Shown here: in pieces, positions 1-13,018 of the stretch
How the letters are laid out: every line of letters begins with the position of its first letter
Position numbering within the stretch: position 1 is the stretch's first letter
DNA from: Cenococcum geophilum
Taxonomy: Eukaryota
Direction of reading: 5' to 3'
Assembly (NCBI GenBank): GCA_050273025.1
Contig: CP158636.1
Location: 10,478,001 to 10,542,000 of the forward strand
Length of the DNA stretch: 64,000 nucleotides
The notes under the pieces: model-generated
Seen by the model: the letters and a program-made list of their open reading frames with translations, nothing else
What the model was told of the DNA's origin: nothing
The model's database searches: none
Translations under genes and position numbers: made by a program

Positions 1-2744
1 TTAAAAGCTTTAAAAGAGTTTATCTAGGAAAATCTATAAAAGGGATATATCCGACTATTGCAGTTATTAGCGGGATATCTAGTACTGTTCGTACTAAAGA
101 AAAATAGAAAACTAAGACTATGCATTAACTATAGATAGTTAAACAGCATTACCAAAAAGGATAGGTATTCTTTACCCTTAATTAGCGAAATTTAGGATAG
201 GATAGGCAACGCGTAAATCTTTACGAAGATAGATCTAAGATAGGCGTACCATTAAATTAGGATTAAGGAAGGCAATAAATAGAAAGCAGCCTTTAGGTTA
301 AAGGAAGGACTATATAAGCCATTAGTTATATAATTTGGGCTTATAAACGCACTAGTGATATTCTATAAGCGGATTAATAGTGTATTAGGAGAACACCTTA
401 ATGAGTTTGTTATAGTATACCTTAACGACATTATTATCTACTTAATAAGTACGAAAGAATATGGAGAATACGTTAAATAGGTCTTAAAGAGACTATAGGA
501 AGAATAAATGCTAGTAGTAATTAAGAAATGCGAGTTCTTTACTAGGAAGACCGATTTTATAGGATTTATTATTAAATTAAGTTATATTAATATGGACCTA
601 AAGAAAATAGAAGCTATAGTTAGTTGGTAAGAACTAAAGAATGTTACGCAATTAAGATCGTTTCTAGGGTTTTACAACTACTATAGGAGGTTTATAGCAT
701 AGTGGTTAAAGAACACTAAACCCTTTACCAGGCTTACGAAAAAGGAGGAACTATAGATATAGGAAAAGGAGCAATAAGTGCTATTCTAAGAACTTAAGGA
801 GTTATTTACTTAGGAACTAATCCTTAAAATCTACCAATTAGGGTTAGATATAGTTGTGGAAATAGACGTATTAGACTTCGCACTAGGAGTATATTTGCTA
901 TAGAGGTATAAAGACGCATAGCATCTAGTGGCATACTATAGTTAAAAGATAACACTACTAGAACTAAACTATAACATTTACAATAAGGAGTTATTAGGTA
1001 TAGTTATAGTACTTAAGGAATAGAGAGCATTCTTATAAGGTACAGAGAAACTATTTATAGTTAAGATAGACTATAAGAACCTAATGGGGTTCCTAATAAT
1101 AAAAGAACTTAACTAAAGATAAGTTAGGTGGGTAGAGATGCTTACAGAATACTATTTCGAGATTTAGTATACTAAGGGTATAGAGAATGCACGAGCAGAC
1201 GCTCTTAGTAGAAAAGCTAAACTATAAAATAATAAGAAACTATTAGGAGCAATATTGCGAAAGGATAAAGATAGATTAATTAGATACAATTATCCTAAAA
1301 TAGCAGTAATAAGAGAAATTAGCTAGACCTATAAATTACTAGAGAGTGATTAGATATAGAAGATCTAAAAGGTATAAAGTAAGGATCTAGATGCAGACTA
1401 GTATAAGAATAGAGAAGTGACTTATGTTCTAAGGTCTATTACAAAAGAATTTGTTAAAGAATTCTATAAGGGAATAATATAAGAACATAATGGAGCTATA
1501 GGCTTAGTGTTAAGACTTTAAGAAGAATATATTATTTAAGGAATCTAGGAACTAGTAAGATAAGTTATAAAGGAATATCTAGATTTTTAGAGGAATAAAC
1601 TAATAAGGTATAAGCTATATAGAGGGCTACAACCTATTAAAACACTAGAGAGACTATAGGAGGTTATATTATAGGACTTTATTATAAAGTTACTAAAGTT
1701 AAGAGACCCTATTACCGGATAATATTACGACGTAATCTTAGTAATAGTAGATAAGTTAACTAAATAGGGCTACTTTGTAGCATACACTGAAGAAATATTA
1801 GCGGAAGATATTGCTAAAATCTATATAAAAGAAGTGTTTATAAGATATAGAGCACTAATAAAGATTATATTAGATAGAGATCTAAGATTCGTAGTAGTAT
1901 TTTAGGAGGTATTCTTAGTAGAACAAGGAGTTCGAGCAGCAACTTCTACTATATATTATCCGCAGACAGATAGTTAGATAGAAAGACTAAATTAAATACT
2001 AAAGTAGTATCTAAGGCATTACGTTAACTATATACAAAATAATTAGGTATCGCTATTACTAGTTATATAGTTTGCATATAATATAATACCACAAGAAGGA
2101 ATGGGCATATTACTATTTAAGGCGAATTACGGATACGAGCTAAGAATATTATTATTGCTACAATAAGTAAAGAAAATGAGTAGCATAGCTAAGCAAAGAA
2201 TAGAGATATTAATAAATCTTTATATATACCTTATAGATATAGCTAAAGTAGTATAGCAAAGAATAAAAAAATACTACGACGCTAAGAGATCTAAGGGACT
2301 AGATCTTAAGGAGGGAGATAAAGTATAGCTACTATATAAAAATTTTAAGAGTCGACGACTAAGTAAGAAGTTAGACCATATTAGCTTAGGACCTTTTAAA
2401 ATTATATAAAGGATTTTACCGGTTATGTTTAAGTTAAACTTATTAGCCAAAATAAAGATCTACTCTATATAGTATATCGTAATATTAGAGCTAGTATACG
2501 GGAATATTAAGCTACTAGTTTATAAGGCAGACACGTATAGAGGATAAAAAGAAGACAAATAGTAAGTTTTAAAGATCATTAGTTATAAGGACATTAATAA
2601 TAAAATATGGTATAAGGTTAAGTAGATAGGCTATAATAAGACTACCTAGGAGCCACTAAATAACCTAAAAAATGCTATAGGAAAGGTACAGGAGTATTAG
2701 AAGAGAAAAGGTTAGGTAGTATTAATAAAGAAGGATCGCTAAAG

Positions 2745-3347
2745 AATAAGTTACCTAAGGGGGACCTAAGAGGAGCACCTGCCGAGGTATTTGGAGCTGT
2801 TTCCCTCTCTATTAGAGGAAAATCTGTTCTTTTATTACTAAGTTTCTATAAACCTTGTTCTATAAGTTTCTACTCCTTAAAACGCACCTTTTTATAAACC
2901 TTTTTAAGACGGATTAACCGAGTAAAAGCAGTAAGACGAGAGTTAAGAGCCTATTATTAAGCAGCGGCAGCCTCTTACTTAGCATTATAAGAACGACGAA
3001 GTTTAGCCAGCGCCACTAATAGTTTATTATTAAGCTTTATAGTAGTAGATTAAACCTAGGACCCTAGCAGCAATTAATAAGGGTACTTAAAAACTATTTA
3101 GAATAATAGGACGCGTATATTTAGCGTTAAAGACTAAGCGAATATTATAGGATAATTAAATATTCGCTTTAGTATACTCTAAATATAAAGAGGGTTGCTA
3201 AGATAAAGGACTTGCCAGCGTAATACAAACTAACCCCTCTTTCGTATAATAAGAATACGGAGATAATATTATCTCACTAAGAGATAATATCGCAGTAACA
3301 GTACGAGACCGACGAGCTGTAGAAGAAGAAGAAGGAGCCTTAGGTAT
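2745..3347 (-). pseudogene. Antisense accessory ORF of Gypsy family A: Cys6 (Zn2Cys6-like) motif plus coiled-coil
   Basis: Minus strand from 3347 reads IPKAPSSSSTARRSRTVTAILSLSEIILSPYSYYTKEGLVCITLASPLS*QPSLYLEYTKANI. RIP reversion gives a CxxC..C...CxxC..C pattern. A homologous frame is present at 6612 and 54412. The 3' end is approximate. Confidence 0.65.
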
Positions 3348-3455
3348 AATAAGTAATAATATTAACTAAATTAATTAGACGAATATTATATATCTAGTAA
3401 ACAACCTAGAGATGCTAGGAATCTTTAAGGACAAAGCTAAAGAGGAGGGAGATAG

Positions 3456-3866
3456 TATTACGGACGCTTTAAGTACAATGTTATAACTACTTAAAGAAGA
3501 GTTAGAAGAAGCTAGTTAGTTAATATAGGTATAGTCTAAGATAGATCTGGTAGAACTATATAATAAGGAATAGTAATCAAGGTTATATAATATAATCTAT
3601 ATAATCTATATAATCTATATAATCCGTAATAAAGTAAATAGAGTAAATGGAGCAAGGACTTTCTTAGGCGTAGTTTGGGTATTTAAAGGACCTTAGTCCC
3701 TACCTAGATAGTTCCTTTCTTTATAGTAAATCTTAGAATATAATTAGAGTTAATCTGTTAGGCAACTACTCCACCAGTTATATTTATGTTGTTAATTATT
3801 GTTCTTACCTATATACCTAGCCTATTGACAAGTCCACTATAGTTTTTACTATAAGGCTTTGTTACA
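3456..3866 (+). repeat. 3' LTR of Gypsy family A element
   Basis: Starts TATTACGG (RIP of TGTTACGG) right after the PPT and ends GGCTTTGTTACA. Its 3' half matches the LTRs at 6721-7391 and 53880-54303. Confidence 0.85.
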
Positions 3867-4043
3867 AGAGCCCTTAAAGTCTTAAATAACTTAGGCGACA
3901 CTAATAGACATACAATTTTCCTTTAATATACTCTTTTCTTTCTCTTCTTACTACTTAATTTTAACTAATTATAACCGACTAACAGACCGATAGACTAATA
4001 GCATTGTTAACTTTCTATCTAAGAGACACCGTACCCTTCTATA
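3867..4043 (+). repeat. Partial LTR (3' part), related to the LTRs at 42510/48821
   Basis: Shares ACCGAC-type microrepeats and the ending TAGCA.TGT.ACTTTC.TATCTAAGAG...GTACCCT.C.ATA with the 249-bp LTRs. Its 5' part is cut by the family A element. Confidence 0.55.
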
Positions 4044-5500
4044 ATAGTAGTACTTAAGTATAAGATAGGGTTTCCGCCGCTCTAGATATACTTTAAGGAG
4101 CTAGCTATAGCCTATATAGAGAGAACGTAAAAGGGGCCAGTAAGAGAGCATATTAAAAGGGAGTATAACGCTATACGGGCTATAATAGCTTACTAGCGCT
4201 AACTTCGGCCTAGAATAAAGCTACTAATAAGACCTACTAGACGGAATAAGCTTAAAAGGATAGTGGCAGCTATCTTAGGGATAGAAATACGGTTAGTAGA
4301 CCTGTTTAAAGCGTAGTATAAAAAGAGCAAAAGGGCTAAAGTACAAGAGGTATTTAAGGAGTAATGGAAAAGGGAGTAGAAAAAGTACTAGAGTACGCTT
4401 ACCTACTATATAACGGCCTAGGCCGAGCTATAAAATAAGAAGGTCTTTAAACGCTATATAAGGCTTACTAAGGTAGAGAGTATAATTAATATACTGCTTA
4501 GAACTAAGTATATAGGGCTTAATAGATACCTCTACTATTAAAAAGTACTAGGGCACCTAACCCTAGCCTGCCTATGCGGCTATAACTAATAATTAACAAT
4601 ATACGTAGTAGTGTTCTACCCTAGGCACGCCGCTAGCTGGGCGGAAATATATTACTATACCGGAACGTCCTTATATAGAGAGCTCCTAGCTAAGCTAAAG
4701 GCTGCTAAAGCGGTTATAGACTAGTTTATATAGATAAACCTCCTACTATACCTTTTACTAGCTAAAGAGCTAACTAGGGCAAAGGGAAGAGGCTAAAAAG
4801 TGCTTTAAAAGAAAGAGGACCGTAAAGTACAGCAAATTGCGGTAAATTGCGGCAATGTCGCGATAATTTGCCAATTATAGTAGAATACTATAGCAAGCTA
4901 ACAGAAGTTGGTAGAAATTAGTAAAAGTTAGTAAGTTAGCAGAAGTTGGCAGAAGTTGGTAGAAATTAGTAAAAGTTAGTAAGTTAGCAGAAGTTGGCAG
5001 AAGTTGGCAGAATTTAGTAAAAGTTAGTAAGTAGGTAGAACTTAGTAGAACTTAGTAAAAGCTAGTAAGTTAGTAGAACTTAACAGAATTTAGCAGGCAA
5101 TATACCCTAGTACTATTATAACTATAGAGCTATAAAGCTGTAAATAACGATGTAGATAGTAGTATATATAACTACTACACTACTAACCTTACGGGCCGCT
5201 AGCCTACGCCCTACCTAGATAACTAAAGCAGCTAGGAACGAAACCTAGGCCCAGCTATATATCCCACTAGACGGACCTAGGAGTACGCATTAAAATAGTT
5301 TTTCTATAGCGCTTTAAGGAGACGTTTACTTGTGCTTAACAGTTACTAGTTAGAAGAGAGGCTATATAAGCTATATAATAGTAGAAGGAGAGGTTTTATC
5401 CAGCTATAGCTGTACGGTTTCCCTCTTATATATATATATATATCTATATAGACCCTAATAGGAGCCGCAACAGCGTAATTAAATATTATTATTACTATTA
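4044..5500 (+). mobile_element. Tad1-like LINE, 3' fragment (ORF2 C-terminus with CCHC finger, 3' UTR, (TAT)n tail)
   Basis: ~4490-4630 reads LLRT..IGLN.YL...KV.GH.T.ACxCG...Q...HVVVFCP after RIP reversion, the typical C-terminal finger of Tad/I-group LINEs. Ends in a TATTATTATTAC tail at ~5484-5500. Confidence 0.75.
4895..5095 (+). repeat. Tandem array of 10-bp monomers (RGYARAARTT) with a ~48-bp higher-order unit, in the LINE 3' UTR
   Basis: AGCAGAAGTT GGCAGAAGTT GGTAGAAATT AGTAAAAGTT AGTAAGTT is repeated about 4 times. Confidence 0.85.
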
Positions 5501-5724
5501 TAGCTATTAATAGGCTTAATACGTTTTTTTATTTCTTAATTAAAGATAAAAATCTACCCTATATAGTATATCGCGATGCTAGAGCTAGCGTATAAAGATA
5601 TAGAGCTACTAGTTTATAAAGCAGATATATATAAAGGGTAAGAAGAAGACAAATAGTAGGTTTTAAAGATTATTAATTATAAGGACATTAATAATAAAAT
5701 ATAGTATAAAGTAAAGTAGATAGG

Positions 5725-5881
5725 TGTTACGGCACTGTTACAGACCCTAGTTAGGGGCTCCGCTGGGCCTTGGCGCTATATATATAGATATGTCCTTTCC
5801 TTAACCTTCTTCTAGTCCTCGTCTTAGAATTCTCGTTTACTAGCTATTAATAGATTCTATTCTTTTAACTAAGCCTTTATA
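5725..5881. mobile_element. Solo LTR (157 bp) inserted in the chromodomain
   Basis: TGTTAC...CTTTATA flanked by the 5-bp TSD ATAGG (5720-5724 and 5882-5886). The empty site is seen at ~2620. Confidence 0.85.
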
Positions 5882-6768
5882 ATAGGCTATAATAAGACTA
5901 CTTAAGAACTACTATAAAGCTTAAAGAAAGCTATAGAGAAAGTATAGGAGTATTAAAAGAGAATAGGTTAGGTAATAATAAAAAGGAGCTAAAGATAAAG
6001 GGATTAGTTAAAGGTAATAAACGAGCTAGATTATCTAAGGGATCTACTACTAATATATAAACTATTTCCGCCTCTTCTTAACCAAAACCCCCTTTAGCCT
6101 TCTTAGCCTTAAGCTTATAAAGACCTTACTTAGTAAGACGTAATTTCTTAGAGCGTACTTTTTTATAACCCTTTTTAAGACGGAGTAACCGAGCGCAAGT
6201 AGCTAGTTAAGCCTTAAATACTCTCTACTTCTTAGCGTAAATCCGCTCTTTGTTATTTTAAAGTTTTTATACTTTAGTAAGGGCTAAAGCTAACTTATCC
6301 TTAAAATAAGATATAGTAGATTAAATATAAGACCCTATAATAAATTTAATAAGGCACTAAACGCCTATAAAGAATTATAAAACGTGTATACTTAGTGTTG
6401 GAGATAGATTAAACATTATAGGATAATTATATATTCGCTTATATATACTTAGCATAAAAAGAAGATTAGTAACTAGATAGAGTCGTAATTGTAATATATA
6501 CTAACTTCTTCTCTTTATAACGGGAATAGGATAATATAACTTTATTAAGTAATAATATGGTAGTTACTAGCTAGTTATAATAATTAGATATAAAGGAGAT
6601 AATAAAAGGTATTAAAAATACTAAAGGTTATTAAATTAAAAACGGAAATGCTATACCTCTAATAAATAACTTGGAGATAGGAGATATCTTTAAGAATAAA
6701 GATAAAAAGGAGGGGGATAGTGTTATGGTCCTTATATTAGTAGTAATATAACTACTAAGAAAAGATAT

Positions 6769-7012
6769 TGTTATGGGACTCACACGTTCTCACGTCTCTG
6801 CGCGTTTTAACGTTCTTAACCCGTGCTCACGTTCGTTCCAAGACACCTACGCACGTTCCCCTATAATCCCTATTTATACCCGTACCTAACCTGTTCTATT
6901 TCTGCATCTAAATATCTTTATATTAACCACGCATAGTTACGCGTACGTAGCCTTCTTTAATTACTACCCCGTTTAGTATATTGTATTCCAGCTCGTACCT
7001 ACTTCTGTAACA
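6769..7012. mobile_element. Solo LTR (244 bp) inserted in an LTR
   Basis: TGTTATGGG...CTGTAACA with the 5-bp TSD GATAT (6764-6768 and 7013-7017). Confidence 0.9.
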
Positions 7013-7391
7013 GATATAAATAGGCTAATTAAGATAATATAGAAGGCGCTAAAAATAATTAAGCTATAGGATAAAAAGTAGCTAAGTTATATGGTTATTT
7101 ATATTATAAGTTTAAAATATAGAAATATAAGAACGTGGGAACGTATAATATACTAATATACTAATATACTAATATACTTAGTATATTTCTTAGGCGCAGT
7201 ATTAAATACTTAAAAGACTATAGTCCCTACCTAGATAGTTCTCTTCTTTATAGTAAATCTTAGAATATAATTAGAGTTAATCTATTAAGTAACCTACTCT
7301 ACTAGTTATATTTATATTATTAACTATTCTATACCTATATACCTACCCATTAATAAGCCTATTATAGTATTTTCTATAAGGCTTTATTATA

Positions 7392-9481
7392 TAAAGATTA
7401 ATTATTAATCCTTTTTTAGAGGAGAACTAGCTCCCTTTATAATCCTTTTAAGATACTAGTAAAACCTTTTACCCCTTATTAGTCTAACTATATCTTCTCT
7501 GGGGATATTAGTAGAATATTAGTAAAAGCGGCGCCTACGACAATGTACCCCATAAGCGCCTCCTATACATCCTTAGGGTAAAGGGCTTCCTAGAATGGAT
7601 TATATAATTTGTTTAAGGGTTTATAGGCTAGAAAGAAACATTACTAGTCTTTAGCGGATACTAGAGCCCCCCTATTACAGTTACAACAGGTATACTATAA
7701 GGATTACCTCTTTCGCCTATACTCTTCCTTTTCTTTATAAGCAACTTGCTCAATACCTTTAAGGAAGGGGCAACCTAGGGGATAGGCTTTGTTGACAACA
7801 CAAACCTAATTATCTATGGGCTAATAGCCGCAGAGAATTGCAGGACACTAGAGAAAGCCTATAATACCTATATAGAATAGGCAAGACAATATGGAGTCCA
7901 ATTCTTACTAAAGAAATACTAGCTAATCTATTTTATAAGAAAACGCAACTAATCTGCAGATCTCTATTATATAATTTATATTTAAGGCTTTAGGGGTTAA
8001 CCAGTTTAGGGCCTAAGGGTATTAGGAGTATAGGTAGATAGTAAGCTTTAATGGAGCGTATATACGGCGCAAGCGGCCTATAAGGGCTAAGTATAATATA
8101 TCGCACTATTTAGGAGTGTTAATTCTATATAGGGTTTATACTTCTAGAGGTCACGCCTACTATATACAGTAGTTGTCCGGCTAACTATAATATATAGATC
8201 CAGTATCTGGGCTATTAGAGAAACTAAGAAAGGCCCCCCTAAATTACTCCTTAAACTACTCTAAAAGATCTAAATAGCCTGCCTTTAAGGTATAATAGGT
8301 GGGTATAAGCGAACGGCCACAGCACTGCTCGAGAAGGAAGCCAATATTCCCCGCCTATAACTATATATTAAAGCCGCTATAATATAAAGGGCGCAAAATA
8401 AACGTAACTTTAATGTTATAAAGTATATTAAGACACGCCTAAATAAACTATAGAGGGACCCTAGGGTACCCTATAGGAGAATAAACTAATAACCCTAAAG
8501 TAGGGAAGATCTATTAGAGAAACAGGCAAAAAAGTAAAAGAAAAATGGTGCTGCGCTAGGGCCTAAACCCATATAAAGGAGGAAGGGAGACGCGTAAGAG
8601 GCCAGTAAAGATAATAGTAAGAAAGAGAAAGAAGCTAAAGTAGAGTATAAAAGAACGCTAGGAAACCATCTACTATAATATAATACTGGTTAGACTAACG
8701 CTAAAAAGGTATATAGGAGTTAAAGGTATAGAGGCTAACTTAGGTAAGAAAAACCTAAGCCGTAGCATAGTTAACGCTATAGGGGGTAAACACTTAAGGG
8801 CTTTAAGAAGGCTTAATAAAGATAGAAAATATAATGGCAATACTTTTAAGAATAGGGATAATAGGACCAAAAGATTGGCTCTACTAGGTAGGTGTCCTAG
8901 TAGGTAGCCTAAGATGTAAATATAGCTGGCTAAGACAGACACCAAAACACGTAATACTGTTATGCCCCCTACGCACTAACTAAAAAGCAATACTTTTAAT
9001 AGCTAGCATAGAGAACTATAGTACACTACTCTTAATATAAAAAGGTCTTAAGGCGGTTACCTAGTAGCTTATTAGCTAAAATGTGCTAAACTAGTTTTAG
9101 GTTGCAAAGGAAATAGTAATAAAAGGTAAAGGGGTAAGTAACAGGCGCCCCCTAATAACTCTACAGTAGTAGGGCGAGGTTTGCAATACTAGCGCGTCCG
9201 TAGGCTTGTTACGGTAGTAGTGGTTTTTAAGAAGGTTAAAAAGTAAGGTAGTAGAGCACCATAGGCGACTTATAGGCGCTAAGTAGACAAGTCCTAAAAG
9301 GCGGGGAGATAGATTATGGGGTTTTCTTAAGTAGAGTTTTCTCCCTATATATAAATAAGGAGTAGTCCGCGTAGGCCCAATAGGGATCTAAATTAGACGT
9401 TAAGCAATAAATAATAATAGAATATTAGTAAAATCTTTATCTATTTTATCTAATATATACCTTTTAAAAGAGCCCGTTATA
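7392..9481 (-). repeat. Partial LTR of family D in reverse orientation, split by a LINE insertion
   Basis: 7392-7527 plus 9434-9481 is the reverse complement of ~13599-13781. The terminus GAGCCCGTTATA is RIPped ...CCGTTACA. Confidence 0.75.
7528..9417 (+). mobile_element. 5'-truncated Tad1-like LINE (same family as 26779-32320)
   Basis: Colinear with 30420-32320. Contains RT motif GFVDD (~7786-7800) and an (AAT)n tail. Flanked by the 16-bp TSD TAGAATATTAGTAAAA (7512-7527 and 9418-9433). Confidence 0.92.
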
Positions 9482-9877
9482 TTACCTTAGATTATCCTTA
9501 AAATAAACCCTAAATACCCCTTAAATAGCTATTAGTTATATACTAAATGTATATACCTAAAGTATATAGTCTCTTTAATTTTAAAGGCCTTACCTCCTTA
9601 AGGATTTATCTTCTCTATAATCTATCTTATTCCTATAATTATACCTTATATCCCCCTATTTATAAAGTCCCCTTATATTTAAATCCTTTATACTTTTTTT
9701 TTTATAAAAAAAGAATAGCTAGCTATAAAAACCAGATTATTAATTTATATCTTTTATTTATATCTACTATTTCTTCCTTTAAACCTTATAATAATACTAA
9801 TATTTAATTAGGGTATTAAGACCCTAAAGGCCTTTTAATAAGATTTTAATTTTTCTAATTTTTCTAGTTATTTTAAT

Positions 9878-10065
9878 AGGCTTTTAATAGAATATTAGTA
9901 TTTCCTAATTATTCTACTAGGCTTTTAATAGGAAACTAATATTTTCTAATTATCCTATTAAGCTTTTAATAGAAAACTTATATTTTCTAATTATTTTAAT
10001 AAGCTTTTAATAGGAAACTAGTATTTTTTAATAACCTTATTCGGCTCCTAATAGGAGACTATATA
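9878..10065. repeat. 41-bp tandem repeat, ~4.5 copies
   Basis: Unit ARGCTTTTAATAGRAAACTARTATTTTCTAATTAT... starts at 9878, 9919, 9960, 10001 and 10042. Confidence 0.8.
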
Positions 10066-10442
10066 TTACCCCTAAGCGACCCCTCCTCTCCCCCCCTAGA
10101 GTAATACCCCCTAATAGTAGTTACTAAGTTTATCTCCCCTTAATAGTAGCTTAAGGTCTAAGACCTAAATTTTTAGATTAAGGGTAGGAGACTATAGACA
10201 CTAAGGAGAATTATAGAGATATATATACGGACTTAGCATTACGTTCTTTATCAATATCCGCACCCTCCTTATTAATGCTTGGATTTAATAGGATGGACAC
10301 AGAAACGGTCTTGGGTTAATGGCGAAATTCCAATCCCGACATAATGATCCGCCCTGGGGTGTGCGTGATCTGTCACCGGCTTAAGTTTATAAAATAAAGC
10401 CGTATCCAACGTTGTAACTCGACCATGGGGACTTTGAGCTGG

Positions 10443-13018
10443 CTAAGAATGCCTTCGATGGTTACTAAGCCAGGAAATATCCCCCATTAGAAGGCTTGGA
10501 CACAGTCGTTGAGACCAATGGGGAAGGGATGTTCGTTGGGATCTCTGGTATCTGAAGTAAAGCTTCGCCTGCTCATAGAGGCTCGTGGCTCCTGGGTTTG
10601 TTGCAAGTCGACCCCGCTCCTGCTTCTCTCTAACAAGATAATAGACAGAAATGAGTGGATAAAAGGCTTTAATCGGATCGCTGCCAAGCCGCAAGTCTTC
10701 TGAACTCGGAGCTGTGAGTGTATCTTGGCTCGTCGTCGAATTCCTCCTCTTGTAAAAATTAAAACCAAACCCCCTCTTCTTCTCCGGATCTCTATTTGGG
10801 CCTTGGTTCTCGCGCTCGTGTATAGCCAGTCGAACAGCCCGCAGGTAAGCTTGCGACTCAATCGCCTCCGTCAATTGAGCTTGTATCAATTCCGGAGGTC
10901 CAAAGTCGGGGCCGGTCATTGCTTGTATGACGGCGGGATCGAGGGGTAGCTGAAGGGGTTCGCGGGCTGGAAGATAGTTTTCTGGTGGAGATCCAAATCC
11001 TTTGATCATCCAAGGATGATTCATGATTTCTTGCAGACTTGCGCGCTGCTTCGGGTCCTTGAGAAGCATCCGTGAAATCAGGCTCTTGAACTCTGCGCAT
11101 CGTCATCACACATGCTAAGGCATTGTTTCGAAGTTGGCCTACCAGGTGACAACCAATTTGGATAGTCCACAATTCCTTTTTTGATCTTGGCATGCAACGC
11201 TGGCATACTCCGATCATCAAATGGCACTTTCCCGCAGACCAAAACGTAGAGCACAATGCCAAAACTCCAAATGTCAACCTCTGGTCCAGTGTATGCCTTG
11301 GCCTGCAGTAGCTCCGGCGCTGGAAAATAATTCCCGCAAAAAGTTTTCAAATGGTTCCATGGAGCAAATAGATTGCTCAAGCCAAAATCGATAATCTTGA
11401 TATCACCCATCTTAGTTATCAGAATGTTCTCAATCTTCAGGTCCCGATGAACAATACTGTTTCGATGACAGTAGTCCAAAGCACTCGCGATCTGCCTGCT
11501 GAACTTCCTGGCCTGCTTCTCCTTCAACCTTCCATGAGGGATTACATAGTCGAGCATTTGTCCGCCATTTTTTTTCTTTTTCAATCCATTGTATTATACT
11601 ACGTACAATACTGCGCATGCAGCCTCTAGGCTATGGCGCTATAGTCCTATCTACATGAATCCTTTCTAGGCAGCTTAATATATACTAGTAACTATGTCCT
11701 AGTAGTTTATAAACCTCTAAGCTAGAGGTTTACCGCTCCCTAGTAAACACTAGGTTGCTAACAACTATTAGGTAATAAAAGACAGTAGGAAATCAGTAAA
11801 AAATAAGAAATCCTAACGCCTATCCCTATCCTTTTTTTTGTATTTTATTTCTGTCCTTTTGCTTACTATTATTTTTACTTAGATTCTAATAGGAGTTACC
11901 TCCTAAGAAAATCCTTCTGCTATTAGCCACTTTCCAGTAGCTATTCCTATCTTACTTAGAAATAGAAAAAGTACTTCCTTTCCTTTTTTTGTATAAAAAA
12001 GCTTCTTTAGAGATAAAGAAGAACCTAGTTGTCTTTGCATTTCTTTTCTCTCTTCCCAATATAGCCTACATTCTAGTAGTAGGTGCTTAGGGGTTTGTAC
12101 AGTAGTACAATCTCTAAAGCATCTACCTTCTTTGTCCTTTCCTATTGTTTTAAAGAAGGACTTAAAGAAGCCTTTTCCTAGTTTTAGTTGGTAGAAAGCT
12201 GATTATAGCCTTTTAGGATATTTATCCTAAGGGGCTTTAAGAGAAAAGGAGTAGTTTCCTTTACAGATTCTAGTGTAGTGTTTTCCTTTACTTTTATTCT
12301 GTTGCCAATTGTCTTTCCACTAGTCTAGTATCTTTTCTCTTGCTAGCTTCCCTATATAGGCTAAAGAGGTATAAGAGGATGGTATTTTTCTTCTTAAGAG
12401 GCCCTTCTTTGCTAGTTTATCTGCTATTTCATTTCCATAAATTTCTAGGTGGCTAGGAACCCAGTAAAAGTTAATAGAGACGTTCTTACTAGCTAGGTAG
12501 GAACAGCTTTGTGTAATTTTAAAGACTAGTTCTTGCCCTCCTGTAAGAGAATTAAGCTGTAACCTTTTAATAGCTGCTTGGCTATCTATAAAGAATTTGT
12601 CCGCCATTTACATATTCAAAAAGCATATACCAATGATCGGTCGTGCGTACAACGTCTCGCATAGCGCATATGTACGGATGATCTAAGAGAGTGCCAATTG
12701 CGGCTTCTCGTGCTGTGCGGATCTCTTTCGAATTATCGGCTCGCTCTCGATCTGCTCGAGAGACAATCTTGACCGCAGCCTGATAATAGCGGTTAGTCGT
12801 GACCGCAGAAGCCAATCTGCTGTGAGGAATTCCTGTTCACCATCTTCCACCCTCTGAGCCAGCTTCACCTTGCCCATACTACCTGCACCAATCGTCTTTC
12901 CAAGAACCCAGTTTCCCGTCTGTGCAGGTATAGCAGTCCTCGACTTCCCTGGCCTCCCCGAATTCAAAGCTGTCGCCACGGGAGCTGCACCTCCGTCATT
13001 TGCAACTGTTGTCGACAT
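10443..13018 (-). pseudogene. kin1: KIN1/KIN2 (MARK/Par-1 family) Ser/Thr kinase paralogue, disrupted and 3'-truncated
   Basis: Reads [58 protein letters not shown] and [21 protein letters not shown], followed by a UBA-like region. Introns at 12780-12832 (donor reads GA, not GT) and 11093-11142. Disrupted by a LINE insertion at 11571-12594 and a one-codon deletion in FCG-YF. No KA1 C-terminal domain is visible. Confidence 0.92.
11571..12594 (-). mobile_element. 5'-truncated LINE with RNase H and CCHC finger, inserted in the kinase exon
   Basis: Reads FIDSQAA...WVPSH..IYGNEIADKLAK (RNase H) and ECTTVQTPKHLLLEC, with an A-rich tail. Flanked by the 15-bp TSD ATTTGTCCGCCATTT (11556-11570 and 12595-12609). 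Confidence 0.92.

Larger units (their letters stand above)
1..3866 (+). mobile_element. Ty3/Gypsy chromovirus (family A), 3' part: RT-RNaseH-integrase-chromodomain, PPT and 3' LTR; RIP-inactivated
   Basis: Frame 1 reads, after reverting RIP changes, KGYIRP..AGYPVLFVPKK.GKLRLCIDYRQLN, YLDD (~418-430), ETDASDFALG/YYSRK RNase H, an integrase core (~1600-2200) and a chromodomain YEVKWTGY..TWEP (~2550-2700). PPT AGAGGAGGGAGATAG at 3441-3455. The 5' end lies outside the window. Confidence 0.95.
5520..7391 (+). mobile_element. Second Gypsy family A-related element, 3' fragment (chromodomain, antisense ORF, PPT, 3' LTR 6721-7391)
   Basis: 5541-5960 aligns with 2450-2730. PPT GGAGGGGGATAG lies before TGTTATGG at 6721, and the LTR ends GGCTTTATTATA at 7391. 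Carries two solo-LTR insertions. The antisense ORF starts at 6612 on the minus strand. Confidence 0.85.

Noticed and set aside
8673..9807. ORF-track calls 8673-8945, 9547-9807 and the similar I/L/Y-rich short ORFs across the window (e.g. 31651, 35473, 36296, 37491, 39214, 52016, 58971)
   Set aside because: These are antisense or off-frame by-products of RIPped AT-rich TE sequence, with no recognisable motifs.
10487..11629. Overlapping alternative ORFs around the kinase (10487-10861, 10509-10703, 10725-10949, 10858-11277, 11430-11618, 11447-11629)
   Set aside because: Shadow frames of the GC-balanced kinase pseudogene.
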